From Hyalangium sp. (GTDB taxonomy: Bacteria > Myxococcota > Myxococcia > Myxococcales > Myxococcaceae), in NCBI RefSeq assembly GCF_045802625.1, contig NZ_JBJMQP010000096.1, positions 37,810 to 101,809 of the forward strand: 64,000 nucleotides of DNA, given 5' to 3'. The position numbers and the translations under genes are program-made. This document shows, piece by piece, positions 8,283 to 18,289 of the stretch. A model generated the notes under the pieces. The model ran no database searches, was not told where the DNA came from, and saw nothing but the letters and a program-made list of their open reading frames with translations. Within the stretch, counting starts at the first letter, position 1; every line of letters starts with the position of its first letter.

Positions 8283-9197
8283 ATGCCTCGGATGAGCTTC
8301 CGTTACTCCGACGAGGTGCGGCGCGCGCTGGATGCAGAGGCGCCGCTGGTGGCGCTCGAGACGAGCGTGGTGGCCCAGGGCCTGCCGTACCCGGACAACC
8401 TCATTGCCGCCAGGGCCTGCGAGGAGGCCGTCCGCCGCGCGGGCGCCGTGCCGGCTCCCATCGCCGTGGTGGATGGCGAGGTGTGGATCGGGCTCGAAGA
8501 GTCCTCGATGATCCGGCTCGCCGAGAGCAAGGAGCGGCTGATGAAGCTCGGCTCGCGGGATCTGGCCGTGGCGCTGGCGTTGAAGGCCTCGGGTGGCACC
8601 ACCGTGAGCGCCACCTGTGAGCTGGCCGCCGCCGCGGGCATCCGAGTCTTCGCCACCGGCGGCCTGGGCGGCGTGCACCGGAGCGTCAGCGAGCACTGGG
8701 ACATCTCCCAGGACATTGGCGCGCTCGCCCGCTACCCCGTGGCCGTGGTGTGCGCGGGGGCCAAGTCCGTGCTGGATCTGCCCAAGACGATGGAGGCCCT
8801 GGAGACGGCGGGTGTGCCCGTCATTGGCATCGGCACGAACGAGCTGCCGTCCTTCTACAGCCGCAGCTCCGGCCTGCCGCTGGAGCACCGAGTCGATGAC
8901 GCCGCGACGGCGGCTCGCATCGTCCGCGCCCGGAGCGAGCTGGGGCAGGGGGGCCTCGTGTTCACGCTGCCCCCTCCCGAGGAGATGGCGCTGCCTCGTG
9001 AGGAGGTGGAGCTGCACATCGCCGCCGCGCTCGCCGACGCCGAGCGCCAAGGCATTCGAGGCAAGGCCGTGACGCCCTTCCTGCTCGCGGACATGGCGAA
9101 GCGCACAGGGGGCAAGAGCCTCAAGGTCAACCTGGCGCTGCTCACGAACAACGCCCACTTCGCGGGCGAGCTGGCCGTGGCCCTGGCCCGCGGCTGA
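8283..9197 (+). CDS. psuG: Pseudouridine-5'-phosphate glycosidase (PsuG / IndA-like)
   Basis: About 300 aa with typical PsuG/IndA blocks: ALETSVVAQGLPYPDNL, IRVFATGGLGGVHR, YPVAVVCAGAKSVLDLPKTMEALET and GVPVIGIGTNELPSFY. The likely true start is ATG 8292 (MSFRY). Confidence 0.7.
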   Translation: MPRMSFRYSDEVRRALDAEAPLVALETSVVAQGLPYPDNLIAARACEEAVRRAGAVPAPIAVVDGEVWIGLEESSMIRLAESKERLMKLGSRDLAVALALKASGGTTVSATCELAAAAGIRVFATGGLGGVHRSVSEHWDISQDIGALARYPVAVVCAGAKSVLDLPKTMEALETAGVPVIGIGTNELPSFYSRSSGLPLEHRVDDAATAARIVRARSELGQGGLVFTLPPPEEMALPREEVELHIAAALADAERQGIRGKAVTPFLLADMAKRTGGKSLKVNLALLTNNAHFAGELAVALARG

Positions 9198-9223
9198 GTC
9201 GTCCCTCAGGGAGTCTGCCCGTC

Positions 9224-12200
9224 ATGACCGACTTGCTCACCCAGCTGGATTCGGCGTCGCATGCCGAGCGCCTCCAACTCTATGAACGCTCTCAGCAGCG
9301 GCTGACGCATGAGGATGTGGTGCAGGCGCTGTCTTCCAAGCGTCCATGCCGGTTCTGGTTGGTGATTCGCTGGGAGGCGGGGGCTCCAGGCACAGCGCTT
9401 CCAGATCCCCAGGCGGCAATGAGGCGTCTGCGGGAGGGCAGGGCTGGCAAGGCGGACGTCGTAAGCCTCCTCTTGGCGCCCGATGCCTTGCGGGACGAAG
9501 CCCAGGACATTTTCGCTGTCCTCTCGGGGATGCGTGCCGTGGCGGTGTCTCACCGTGCGCCACGCCTCGCGGGGTGGCTGGTGAGGGCTGCTGCGATTGC
9601 CAGCATCGCGTTCGGTCGGCCTGAGGAGGGCTGGGCCGTCCTTGATACCGTGGGGACCGAGGGCTACGAGCCGGGCCTCATCCGAGTGGCTCGGATGTAC
9701 GTAGATCCGCTGCGTGCCGATCCCGAGCTGGCGCGCTCAGGGTGGGTTCGCCGCGCGGCTAGCATCATCTGGGCCCAGCTGGAGATGCCTGCCCTTCGCA
9801 CACTGCCCGTCCCGTTCGGATTGCCCATGACCGAGGCAGGCGAGATCGAGAACCCACGCCCTTTGATCGAGCGGTTGGATCAGTTGGGAGCTGTGCTCAT
9901 CAGCAAAGCGCTCTCCAACCTTGTCGTGGCGATCCTCAAGCATGCCCGGGTTGAAGAGGAGACACCGTTCGTGGAGCCAGCGGGAGTAACGACCTGGAAG
10001 CTGCTGTGCGATCGCGTGTTGGACATCACCCGGCGCGTGGGGGGGCACCGCAGCGCAACGCCCGCGGCGATCGAGATGGCGCTCTCCGGTGAGTCTGCGC
10101 CTGTGCTCAGCCGCGACCTCCTCGTGATGGTGGCAGCCCGCATCAGCGAGCTGGATCTGTTGTCACGATGGGTGGCGTGCGCCTTGGTGCTCCGGTGGAT
10201 CGAGGGCTCGGAGTTCGAGGTGCCTTGGTGGGGGATCTTCGCCTACGCAGCCGTACGGACCCTCTATGACCTGGGCCGTGTGGAGTTCTTCCCGGTCCGC
10301 CTGCGTCTCCTCGATGCGTTGATCGACAAGAATCTCCCCGCCATCTCCCGGGTGGACTTGCTCCTCTGGCGCGCCAACACGCGCGTGATGCTCGCGGGCA
10401 GTGATGCGGCCCAGCACGAACTCGGGCTTCAGGATCTCAGGGAGGCTGAAGCGCTGAGCCAGAGGAATGGAAATGTGGAGGAGGAAGTCCGGGCGGCGTG
10501 CGCACGGGCCCATGCCGAGGCGCTCGGCGTCCACGGGGCGGCGGATCAGAAGAACTGGCTGCTCGAACAGGCCGCGAACCGTTTGACCTCGCTTCTTGCT
10601 CGCGTGCCAGGCGAGAGGACGGCGCTCCCCCTGTATGAGGTGCTCGCGGAGATCGAGTCCCAGCGCGCCGAGCACGGGACCGCGAGCGCGGGAGACCGGG
10701 CTCTCCGCTACGCACGGCAGGCTGCGGTCGCGGGAGATTCCAACCCTCGCCACGCCACTAGCAACAAGGCCAGACTTGCGGAGCTCCTGCTCCTGTATGG
10801 GAAGGAGGAGGACAGAGCCGAGGCCATACGGCTGGCTCGGCAGGCCCTCCAGGAGCTTCCTGCCGACGCAGGGGAGATGCATGCCTCCATGCCCCATGCC
10901 GTGCTGGGCACGGCTCTCTTCAAGAGCGGAGCAGTGGCAGATGCTATCGGGCATCTCGAGCAAGCCTTGTCGTTGCAAATACGCCAGGCGGTGGCCCCGG
11001 CGCGCATCCTGACGCGGATCTCCCTCGGCAGGGCGTACCTTGCTCAGAACCAGCGAGCTGACGCTCGCCATCAGCTCGAGCGGGCCGAGGAGGAGGCCCG
11101 TGCCGTGGACGATCACGCCGGGCTCTACGATGCGGTCCAGCTGATCTCTGGCCTCGATCGGGAGGAAGGCAACGATGATATGGCGGACATCCGGCTTCAG
11201 GATGCGGAGCGGATCGTCGCGGGCACGTTTCGGCAGCCCCTCCTGGCGCTGGAGAGGCTCCGCCCTCGCCATTATGGCGCAGCGCTATCCGAGGAACTCC
11301 TCGCGCTGATGCGACGCTACCTCGAAGGCAAGCTGCCCAGAAGCGCCGAGGCGGATGAGATGCTTGCGCAGATCGTCGCCAACCATGCGGATGAGTTCCC
11401 GGCGGATCTCCAGGGCCGCTTCCTGATGGATGACGCGCGGGTCAGCGGGGATCCGGTCATCCGCGCGAAGCTCCTCGACTCCAAGGGACACACGGAGGAA
11501 GCCCTGTCCCTGCTACGCCAGGTCCTGGCCGAGGGCGGCGATCCGCGGGTTCAGTTGAACGCGGCAGCCACCCTCATCGTGCTTCTTCCCGAGGAAGCTC
11601 ATGAAGAACGCCTCCAGGCGTGTGAGCTGGTGGAGGACCTCATCGGAGATAGCGAGGAGTATGCGGCCGCTCGCAATGATCTCGCCGAGGGGTTGAGGTT
11701 GTGCGCCAGGAATGATCAGGGGTTGCTCGCGCGGGCCCGGCGCCACGCGGACATGGCGGCGAAGCAGTTCCAGCATGATGCCAAGGCCCTTGAGATCAAT
11801 ACTCGCGTGCGAGCGAACATCCGCGCCGACCAGCTTGCGCGCAGTGCCATGCAGTCGACGTCGGCGGTGATCGAGCTGGCGGAGTGGCTCGAAAGGGGGC
11901 TGAAGCTTCCCGCCAAGGAACTCGCCGCCCGTCGTGAGCACGCCGCGATGATCTTGCTGCACCCAGGTCCGCTGGCTCATCCCCAGGCCTTGGAGGTGGC
12001 GGGCCGGCTGCTCGATCGTGTTCCCGAGAGCGAGGAAGCCCGGAGGCTCAAGCAGAGACTCCAGTGGATCCAGTCCAAGCTCCAAGAGCAGGCGACGGAT
12101 CAGGTTCCTCCAGAAGGGGAGTCTCCTCAGGCCCCTTCGGTTCAGGGACCGTTCGATGAGGCTCCCGCCTGGGCCCTTGCGCTGCTCCAGGGGCGCGGTT

Positions 12201-15200
12201 CGAAGCTCGACCGCGCATTCAGCGCGGAGGACCACGAGACGATCTTCCAGGTGCTCACCGCGCGGCCCGACCGCGCGGACGCGTTGCTCGAGTGGGTCCT
12301 CGAGCAGGACGCCCTGGGAGATTCTGAAGGGCAGGATCTCATCGCCAATATCGCGGCAATGGCGCCCCGCGGGAGGATGACGCCGGATCTGCTCCAGACC
12401 GTGGAGGAGATCACGACTCGCAAGGGCTCTTTTCCCATGCTCCGACTGCGGGTGCTCTTGCACAGCCAGTCGCTCAACTGGGGGGATGGGACTCCCTACG
12501 CTCGCTCCGCGGATGAGCTGATCGCGGTCGCTCGGACCCCCGAGGAGCGCGTCGAGGCGCGCTTCTTGAAGGGCATCGAGCGCATGAATGCCCTGCAGCG
12601 CCACAGGCGCCCCGACGAAAAGCGGCAAGAGCTGGCGGAGTCGGCCCGCCGTTACCTCCGTGAGGCGCTCGATGAGGCCCGCGGGCTCCAGCTTCCAGAG
12701 GGGAGACTGTTCTCCCTGCTGGTCTCCGCGGGCAACTCCTTCCGTATAGGGCGGGCGCCCGACCTGGAGCAGGCCCTGGCGCTGTACCGGGAGGCGGAAG
12801 CGCTTGGCGCTCCCAACAAGCAAGGGGCCGCGAAGCTCTGGAAGGTACAGGCGAACGCACTGCTGGCGCGCAAGGCCCCGGGGGACGCCAAACGAGCACT
12901 GATACTCCTGGAGCAGTCCCTCGAGGTCCGGCGCGGAGGTTACCTGCGAGTCGAGACGCTGGTGGCGGCCGCCGAGGCCGAGATGGCGCAGCTGGACCGG
13001 GACGAACAGGTTCGCTTGAGCCGGGCGCTCTCGCGGATTGACGAGGCCGTCATCCATGCGGAAGCCCCTCACCGGCATGACTTGGTCAAAGCCCAGATCT
13101 ATTACCTGGGGCGGCTCGTCCACCTGTCGCCGCACGACGAGGCCGCGCAGCGGCGGCTGGAGGCGCTTCACTCGCAATTCCCGGAGCTGGCCAAGGCGAT
13201 TGATCGCGCGAAGCATGGGTGGACGGGCCCGGTTCCTCCTGACATGGTCGAGCTCATCAGCGAACTGGCCTTGCATCCCGCCATTACGGCTCTTGTCGAG
13301 GCCAAGCGTTCTCTGCTCCCGAGGAGGCTGTCCATGGGGCAGGAGGGAGCCGAGGCGGCCTTGGACGATGACTTCCCCGCCGACCTTGGGGAAGACAGCG
13401 AGCAACACCAATCCGTCCTCTCGCCACAGGATCTCCGGGCCCACGTAGACCAGCTCGTCAGCGCCGCAGGGCCAGAGGCACTTCCTGGCGCGGCGGTCGG
13501 GCGGGCGTCTGTCCTCGCTCAACTTACGGAGCAGGGCGTTGTCAGCGCCGAGGAAGTTCGGCGTTTGGCGGAGGAGGCGGAGCAGCACGTTCGGCGCATG
13601 CCGGATTCGGTGGCCCGGTGTTACCTGCTCCTGGAAGTGGCCCGGCTGTGGGCACCTGAGAGCCACTTCAACCACCCGGTGCGGGATTTCCGGCGCGCTG
13701 CCGCGCTCGCCCGGGAGGTGCTGGAGGCCTGCCCTCCGGGAAGTGCGCTCGCCCGCGATGCGTTGCACTCCCTGGCGCGTGCGACGCGATATCGCAAGGA
13801 CGGCGATACCCGCACGCATCGGCGTGAGGCCGAGCGCCTCTATGAACAAGCCGCGCGAGAGTACGAGTCAGTCGGCATGAAGGATGTCGCGGCCCGTGTT
13901 CGGGTGCACCTCTCGGAGTTGAGGCAGGAACTCCACCCAGGAGGCACGGAGTCGCCCTTGCGAGAAGGGCTCTCCGCCGCACGCGAGGCCCTCGCCGCGA
14001 CCGGCTCCGGCGCGCGAAGGGTCGACGCACAGGCCACACTGGCTTATTTCCTGACCTCGCTGGGCGCGGACCTGCAAACACCCGAGGGGAATGCCATGCT
14101 GGCCGAGGCCAAGAGCCTCTACGAGCACTTGGACTGGACGCAGCTCGTCTCTGGGGCGCGGGCCTCCGCCGAGAACTTCCAGACCATCTGTTTCGCGGAG
14201 CTGGCGCGCCGCGCGGGCAGACGGGGCGTGGCGATCGAGATCTGGCGCAAGCGTCTGGCTCAGGTGGACCGGGCTTCTCGTCCGGACGAGTGGGGATACA
14301 CGGTCCATAACCTGGCGGACATGCTGCTGCGTGCGCCCACCGCGGCACAGCTCGAGGAGGGGTTGGACCTCGCCGAGAAGGCGCTTCAGGTCCGAACCCT
14401 GGAACACAACGCTCGGCATCATTGGGAGACGTGCTGGCTCATCGGCAGGACGGTGGTGGGACTCCTGGAGCAGTGGATCGATGACAGGCCCTGGCCTTTC
14501 TCCTTCTCACCCCAGACGCTGTGGAAGAGGGGCCTAACGGCTCTTCAGGGCGCGGGCCAGGCCGCACGGAGACTGGATGGTGGCGACCGGCTGAGGCAGG
14601 TGGCCGTTCAGCTCTTTGGGCTCGCCATGTCCTCTTCCTCTCGCGAGGAGTACGAGCAGACAGCGGAGTTGGCCTGGAAGGATCTCGACGAGGCCCGGCC
14701 CTACATGCTCCTCGACGAGGAGGCAGGTGCGGAGGAGGCGCGGTGGGGAGCGGACATCACGGCCGGCCTTGCCAGCGAACTCTCCGAAGAGGGCATCGTG
14801 GGAGTCTCGGACGGACGGCTCGCGTTCCTGCTCTCGGGCGAGAAGGCGGAGCGCGTGCTGAAGTGGATGGCCCGGACCCTCGGCGCCGCGCAGCGGCGGC
14901 TCGCGGGCCGGACGGCTCAGCCGGACACCGTGTCACGCGAGACCTGGGTGGAGTGGCTCTCGGTGATCCAAGCGGGTGATGCCCGGGACATTGCCCGCGT
15001 GTTGGACCGGATTCGTCAGTCCGAGAACTCATTCCTTCGAGGAGAGCCGGATCTGACGCAGACCTGGAACTGGCTCCAGACACGTCCCGGCTCCGTGGCC
15101 GTGGCTGTTCTGGAGACGCCGATGGGCTTGCTCGCCGCCATTCTCGAGCACAGTGGGCGACGTACGGTGCACATCGCTGCCCTCGAAGTCGAGGCGCCTC

Positions 15201-16141
15201 CGCTCGATGAACCGAGTGTTGCCGCCGGACTGGACGCGAGCGGTGGGAGCGCTGCGTATGGTGCCCTGCTGAGCTGGGCGAAGGAGTGCGTGACCCTTCC
15301 GCTGCAGCGGCAGTTCTCTCAGCCGCCCACGCAGATTCTCTGGGTGCCCACGGGAGTCTTAAGGATGCTGGCTCCCGCGGACGTGTGGCCTTCGTCACCC
15401 GTCACGTGCGCGGTGAGGCTCGATCTGGAGACTCGCGCGCATCCCGCGCGTCCCAGGCGGACGCTCGTGGCAGTGGCGGATCCCGGGCTTGGCTGCGACG
15501 AGGCCCAGGAAATTCCGGATGCCATCCCCGCAGGTGTACGGCTGGCCCGTCTCGCGGAACAGGTCGGCCCGGTGCGTGTACGGATGAGCCAAGGCCGGGC
15601 TTTCGGCGAGTCGCTGGAAGGCGAGTGTCCTGGGTTGGAGCGCGGTCCCGCCTCTCCTGACGATGTCTTGCGCGAGCTGCCGGAGGTGGATGTCGCCCTC
15701 TTCCTATGCCACGGCGAAGTGTCCAGCCCACACGAGGCCCGGCTGCTGCTGCTCGACGAGTCAGGGAAGATCGCCGCGTTGGACATGGAGCGGATGGCCC
15801 AGGATCCGCGGCGCCTGGCGGGGATGCTGGTCGTCCTGCTCTCCTGCCAGACCGGACGCGTGGGTGACTGGCTCCACCGCGCAGCGGGACTCTCCGGGGC
15901 GCTGCTTGCATGCGGAGCCAGGAGTGTGGTGGCTCCCCTGTGGCCTGTTCGGACCGGGCCTGCGGTGGCGGTGGGAGAGGCCGTCCTGAGCGCGCTCTCC
16001 ACCCACGCTGATCTCTCCGTCGCCCTTCACCAGCTGCGCGCACCGGAGCGTGGCTCGGTCCTGGGTGGTCCCATGGGAGCTGCTCAGCGCGAGTTCGAGC
16101 AGTCGTGGTCCCTCAAGGCATTCGTTCACTGGACGGCATGA
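9224..16141 (+). CDS. Giant (2305 aa) TPR-like repeat protein with a C-terminal CHAT (caspase-like) protease domain
   Basis: A single uninterrupted ORF. It has long alpha-helical Leu/Ala/Arg-rich repeat regions. The C-terminus carries CHAT signatures VALFLCHGEVSSPHEARLLLLDE (His) and LVVLLSCQTGRVGDW...VVAPLWPV (Cys), at roughly nt 15300..16100. Confidence 0.65.
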   Translation: MTDLLTQLDSASHAERLQLYERSQQRLTHEDVVQALSSKRPCRFWLVIRWEAGAPGTALPDPQAAMRRLREGRAGKADVVSLLLAPDALRDEAQDIFAVLSGMRAVAVSHRAPRLAGWLVRAAAIASIAFGRPEEGWAVLDTVGTEGYEPGLIRVARMYVDPLRADPELARSGWVRRAASIIWAQLEMPALRTLPVPFGLPMTEAGEIENPRPLIERLDQLGAVLISKALSNLVVAILKHARVEEETPFVEPAGVTTWKLLCDRVLDITRRVGGHRSATPAAIEMALSGESAPVLSRDLLVMVAARISELDLLSRWVACALVLRWIEGSEFEVPWWGIFAYAAVRTLYDLGRVEFFPVRLRLLDALIDKNLPAISRVDLLLWRANTRVMLAGSDAAQHELGLQDLREAEALSQRNGNVEEEVRAACARAHAEALGVHGAADQKNWLLEQAANRLTSLLARVPGERTALPLYEVLAEIESQRAEHGTASAGDRALRYARQAAVAGDSNPRHATSNKARLAELLLLYGKEEDRAEAIRLARQALQELPADAGEMHASMPHAVLGTALFKSGAVADAIGHLEQALSLQIRQAVAPARILTRISLGRAYLAQNQRADARHQLERAEEEARAVDDHAGLYDAVQLISGLDREEGNDDMADIRLQDAERIVAGTFRQPLLALERLRPRHYGAALSEELLALMRRYLEGKLPRSAEADEMLAQIVANHADEFPADLQGRFLMDDARVSGDPVIRAKLLDSKGHTEEALSLLRQVLAEGGDPRVQLNAAATLIVLLPEEAHEERLQACELVEDLIGDSEEYAAARNDLAEGLRLCARNDQGLLARARRHADMAAKQFQHDAKALEINTRVRANIRADQLARSAMQSTSAVIELAEWLERGLKLPAKELAARREHAAMILLHPGPLAHPQALEVAGRLLDRVPESEEARRLKQRLQWIQSKLQEQATDQVPPEGESPQAPSVQGPFDEAPAWALALLQGRGSKLDRAFSAEDHETIFQVLTARPDRADALLEWVLEQDALGDSEGQDLIANIAAMAPRGRMTPDLLQTVEEITTRKGSFPMLRLRVLLHSQSLNWGDGTPYARSADELIAVARTPEERVEARFLKGIERMNALQRHRRPDEKRQELAESARRYLREALDEARGLQLPEGRLFSLLVSAGNSFRIGRAPDLEQALALYREAEALGAPNKQGAAKLWKVQANALLARKAPGDAKRALILLEQSLEVRRGGYLRVETLVAAAEAEMAQLDRDEQVRLSRALSRIDEAVIHAEAPHRHDLVKAQIYYLGRLVHLSPHDEAAQRRLEALHSQFPELAKAIDRAKHGWTGPVPPDMVELISELALHPAITALVEAKRSLLPRRLSMGQEGAEAALDDDFPADLGEDSEQHQSVLSPQDLRAHVDQLVSAAGPEALPGAAVGRASVLAQLTEQGVVSAEEVRRLAEEAEQHVRRMPDSVARCYLLLEVARLWAPESHFNHPVRDFRRAAALAREVLEACPPGSALARDALHSLARATRYRKDGDTRTHRREAERLYEQAAREYESVGMKDVAARVRVHLSELRQELHPGGTESPLREGLSAAREALAATGSGARRVDAQATLAYFLTSLGADLQTPEGNAMLAEAKSLYEHLDWTQLVSGARASAENFQTICFAELARRAGRRGVAIEIWRKRLAQVDRASRPDEWGYTVHNLADMLLRAPTAAQLEEGLDLAEKALQVRTLEHNARHHWETCWLIGRTVVGLLEQWIDDRPWPFSFSPQTLWKRGLTALQGAGQAARRLDGGDRLRQVAVQLFGLAMSSSSREEYEQTAELAWKDLDEARPYMLLDEEAGAEEARWGADITAGLASELSEEGIVGVSDGRLAFLLSGEKAERVLKWMARTLGAAQRRLAGRTAQPDTVSRETWVEWLSVIQAGDARDIARVLDRIRQSENSFLRGEPDLTQTWNWLQTRPGSVAVAVLETPMGLLAAILEHSGRRTVHIAALEVEAPPLDEPSVAAGLDASGGSAAYGALLSWAKECVTLPLQRQFSQPPTQILWVPTGVLRMLAPADVWPSSPVTCAVRLDLETRAHPARPRRTLVAVADPGLGCDEAQEIPDAIPAGVRLARLAEQVGPVRVRMSQGRAFGESLEGECPGLERGPASPDDVLRELPEVDVALFLCHGEVSSPHEARLLLLDESGKIAALDMERMAQDPRRLAGMLVVLLSCQTGRVGDWLHRAAGLSGALLACGARSVVAPLWPVRTGPAVAVGEAVLSALSTHADLSVALHQLRAPERGSVLGGPMGAAQREFEQSWSLKAFVHWTA

Positions 16142-17597
16142 GCCATCGCCCCTGGATCCACGCTTCAGGGAGCTGGGAGGTCTCCTCCAGCAGCCGTTCC
16201 AGCTCCTTCGTTGTCGGCAGGGAAGGTGCCGCGATGGCGATGACGAGCGTGTCATCATCCGCGCCGTGGAGGCGCCACTCCTCGAGTCGCCAACGATCCG
16301 CGCTCCGAGTGTAACCGGCATCCCGGAGCAGTTCCTCGCCCATGTGGTGCTTCGCATCGACGACGAACAATCGGAGCTGCCAGTCAGGACGGCAGTGGCC
16401 TTCGACCTGGGCCTCGAACTCGCGCTCCGCCCTTCCATGGAGGACCCCGACAGGTTGCAGCGTCGCGTTCGTGATGAGCTCCCCCAGCGCCTTCGCCCCT
16501 TCCTGGCCCGCGCGGGAGATCCGCTCCTCGATTCCAGCCAACGCCGCTGTGAGCCATCTCTGGGCTGCGGCCAGGGGACCCAGGGCTGACGACAGTCCGG
16601 CGAGGAGCGCATTCCAGAGAGCCTGTCCGGCCTGTCCGGACACGGGGAGGCGTGCGTGAGCCAGAGGGGCGAAGCTGACCAGCGTCCTGGAACTGGGGGA
16701 GAGAATGGTTTGCAATCGCTCCTGGATGCGCGCGATCTCGGCGCCGAGGCCAAGCACCTCGTTGACCACCAGGAGATCCTCGACAGCCAGCAGCCGATCC
16801 CGTGCCTCGTCCACATCGTGGGCCGAGAGGGAGGCTCGGAGCCCATCCAGGATCTCATCCGTTCGAAGGCGGCCTTGGAGCAGGCGTGTGATCTCAGACT
16901 CGTCGCGTGCCAGGAGGGCCTCCGCTGCCAAGAGGGGAGCCGCGAGTTCAGGCTCCTTCGCGGCGAGGGGCCGTGCATGCCCGATGGCTCGGACCAGCCT
17001 CCACGCTTCGAAGGTGCGCTGCGGTGGCTGCCGGCTGGCCTCGGTGAGTTCGCGAAGCACCCCTCGCTTCCAGCTGGAACTCATGGAGGTCATGTCCTTT
17101 TCCCAGCGGTGATGCGCTTCCTGGTAGTAGTCGTCGTCATCGACACCGGCGCTGTCATGGATGGGAAGATCCGGGCGGAAGGCCGTGCGGACCATGCAGG
17201 GCGCTGCCCTCTTCACGGCAACGAGAACACCCCTGGGGGTGCAGCACAGGAGGCTCTCGGGCTTGGCGCCCCAGAGCGTCTTGGGGCTGCCAAGCTCGCG
17301 GAGGTAGGCCGGGCCGTAATACTGGTCATGGTGTTTTTTCAGCAGCGCATAGCAAGGCTTGGGAACGTGGGGCAGGGAGTCTCTCGACTCGCCCCAGGCC
17401 GGTGTCGGTGGAGGATCCGGGCAGCCCTTCTCCTTCGCGGCAAGGAAGAGGGGGCGGATCTCGACGCGTGCCAACTCATCCCAGTGTTCGATGGGGTTGT
17501 AGAGGTGCTGCCATACGTGGGTGGCCTGCTTGTTGTCCCGGATCGGGTACACGTTCCCCCATTGGGGATGAAACACGGGGCGCAGGGACTCGGTCAT
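16113..17597 (-). CDS. Hypothetical protein (494 aa), convergent with the CHAT gene and overlapping its 3' end by 29 bp
   Basis: Long ORF on the opposite strand of an otherwise intergenic region. The N-terminal roughly 180 aa are Cys/His/Trp-rich and globular, followed by a helical middle and a distinct C-terminal domain. I recognise no known family. Confidence 0.5.
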   Translation of the reverse strand: MTESLRPVFHPQWGNVYPIRDNKQATHVWQHLYNPIEHWDELARVEIRPLFLAAKEKGCPDPPPTPAWGESRDSLPHVPKPCYALLKKHHDQYYGPAYLRELGSPKTLWGAKPESLLCCTPRGVLVAVKRAAPCMVRTAFRPDLPIHDSAGVDDDDYYQEAHHRWEKDMTSMSSSWKRGVLRELTEASRQPPQRTFEAWRLVRAIGHARPLAAKEPELAAPLLAAEALLARDESEITRLLQGRLRTDEILDGLRASLSAHDVDEARDRLLAVEDLLVVNEVLGLGAEIARIQERLQTILSPSSRTLVSFAPLAHARLPVSGQAGQALWNALLAGLSSALGPLAAAQRWLTAALAGIEERISRAGQEGAKALGELITNATLQPVGVLHGRAEREFEAQVEGHCRPDWQLRLFVVDAKHHMGEELLRDAGYTRSADRWRLEEWRLHGADDDTLVIAIAAPSLPTTKELERLLEETSQLPEAWIQGRWLMPSSERMP

Positions 17598-17654
17598 GCC
17601 TTGGGGCTCATGGAAGGGGCGGGAGGGGATCTTGCGCGACCTTCCGCCTCTTCG

Positions 17655-18221
17655 CTACGTGCCTCGCACCGCGCTCCAGAGGGACACGGCGCCGAAGATG
17701 AAGAACAGCGAGGCGGCGACCCACCGCAGCCACTTCATCTGCACCCGGCCCGCGAGCTTTTCCCCGAGCAGCACCGCCAGCCCATCCGAGAACATCATCC
17801 CCAGCGTCGTCCCCGTGGTGACTTGCAGCACGCTCTGGTAGCGCGCGGCCATGGCCACCGTGGCCAGCTGCGTCTTGTCTCCCATCTCCGCGAGGAAGAA
17901 GAGGACCACCGTCGTCAGGAACGCTCCGAAGCGCGGAGGCTTCTCGGACTCCTCGAGCGTGTCCGGCTTGAGCGTCCACAGCCCGAAGGCGATGAAGGTG
18001 GCCGCGAGGATGCCCGCCATCACTCGGTGGGGCACGTGCGAGGACAGCCAACTGCCCACGCTGGAGGCCAGCGCGTGGTTGAACAGCGTGGCGGTGAGGA
18101 TGCCCGCCATCACCACCCACGGCTTGCGGAACCGGGCGGCCAGCGAGAACGCGAGCAACTGAGTCTTGTCGCCCATCTCACTGGCGGCCACGAGGAGGAA
18201 CGAAGTCACCACCGCTTCCAT
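17655..18221 (-). CDS. UPF0016 / GDT1-TMEM165 family cation (Mn2+/Ca2+) exporter
   Basis: Two internal repeats each carry the E-x-G-D-K-T motif (EMGDKTQLLAFSLAA, EMGDKTQLATVAMAA). Six predicted TMs. AGGAG lies before ATG 18221. The track ORF 17655..18626 has a spurious upstream extension. Confidence 0.7.
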   Translation of the reverse strand: MEAVVTSFLLVAASEMGDKTQLLAFSLAARFRKPWVVMAGILTATLFNHALASSVGSWLSSHVPHRVMAGILAATFIAFGLWTLKPDTLEESEKPPRFGAFLTTVVLFFLAEMGDKTQLATVAMAARYQSVLQVTTGTTLGMMFSDGLAVLLGEKLAGRVQMKWLRWVAASLFFIFGAVSLWSAVRGT

Positions 18222-18289
18222 CACGACACTCCTGTCTGTGGCCGAGGTGCCGTGGGAGCCTTGCGCGCGCACGAGCCCATGCGGCGCGC

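Noticed and set aside
11513-13849. 778-aa minus-strand ORF inside the giant gene
   Set aside because: It is antisense to the TPR/CHAT giant, whose frame is continuous and repeat-structured.
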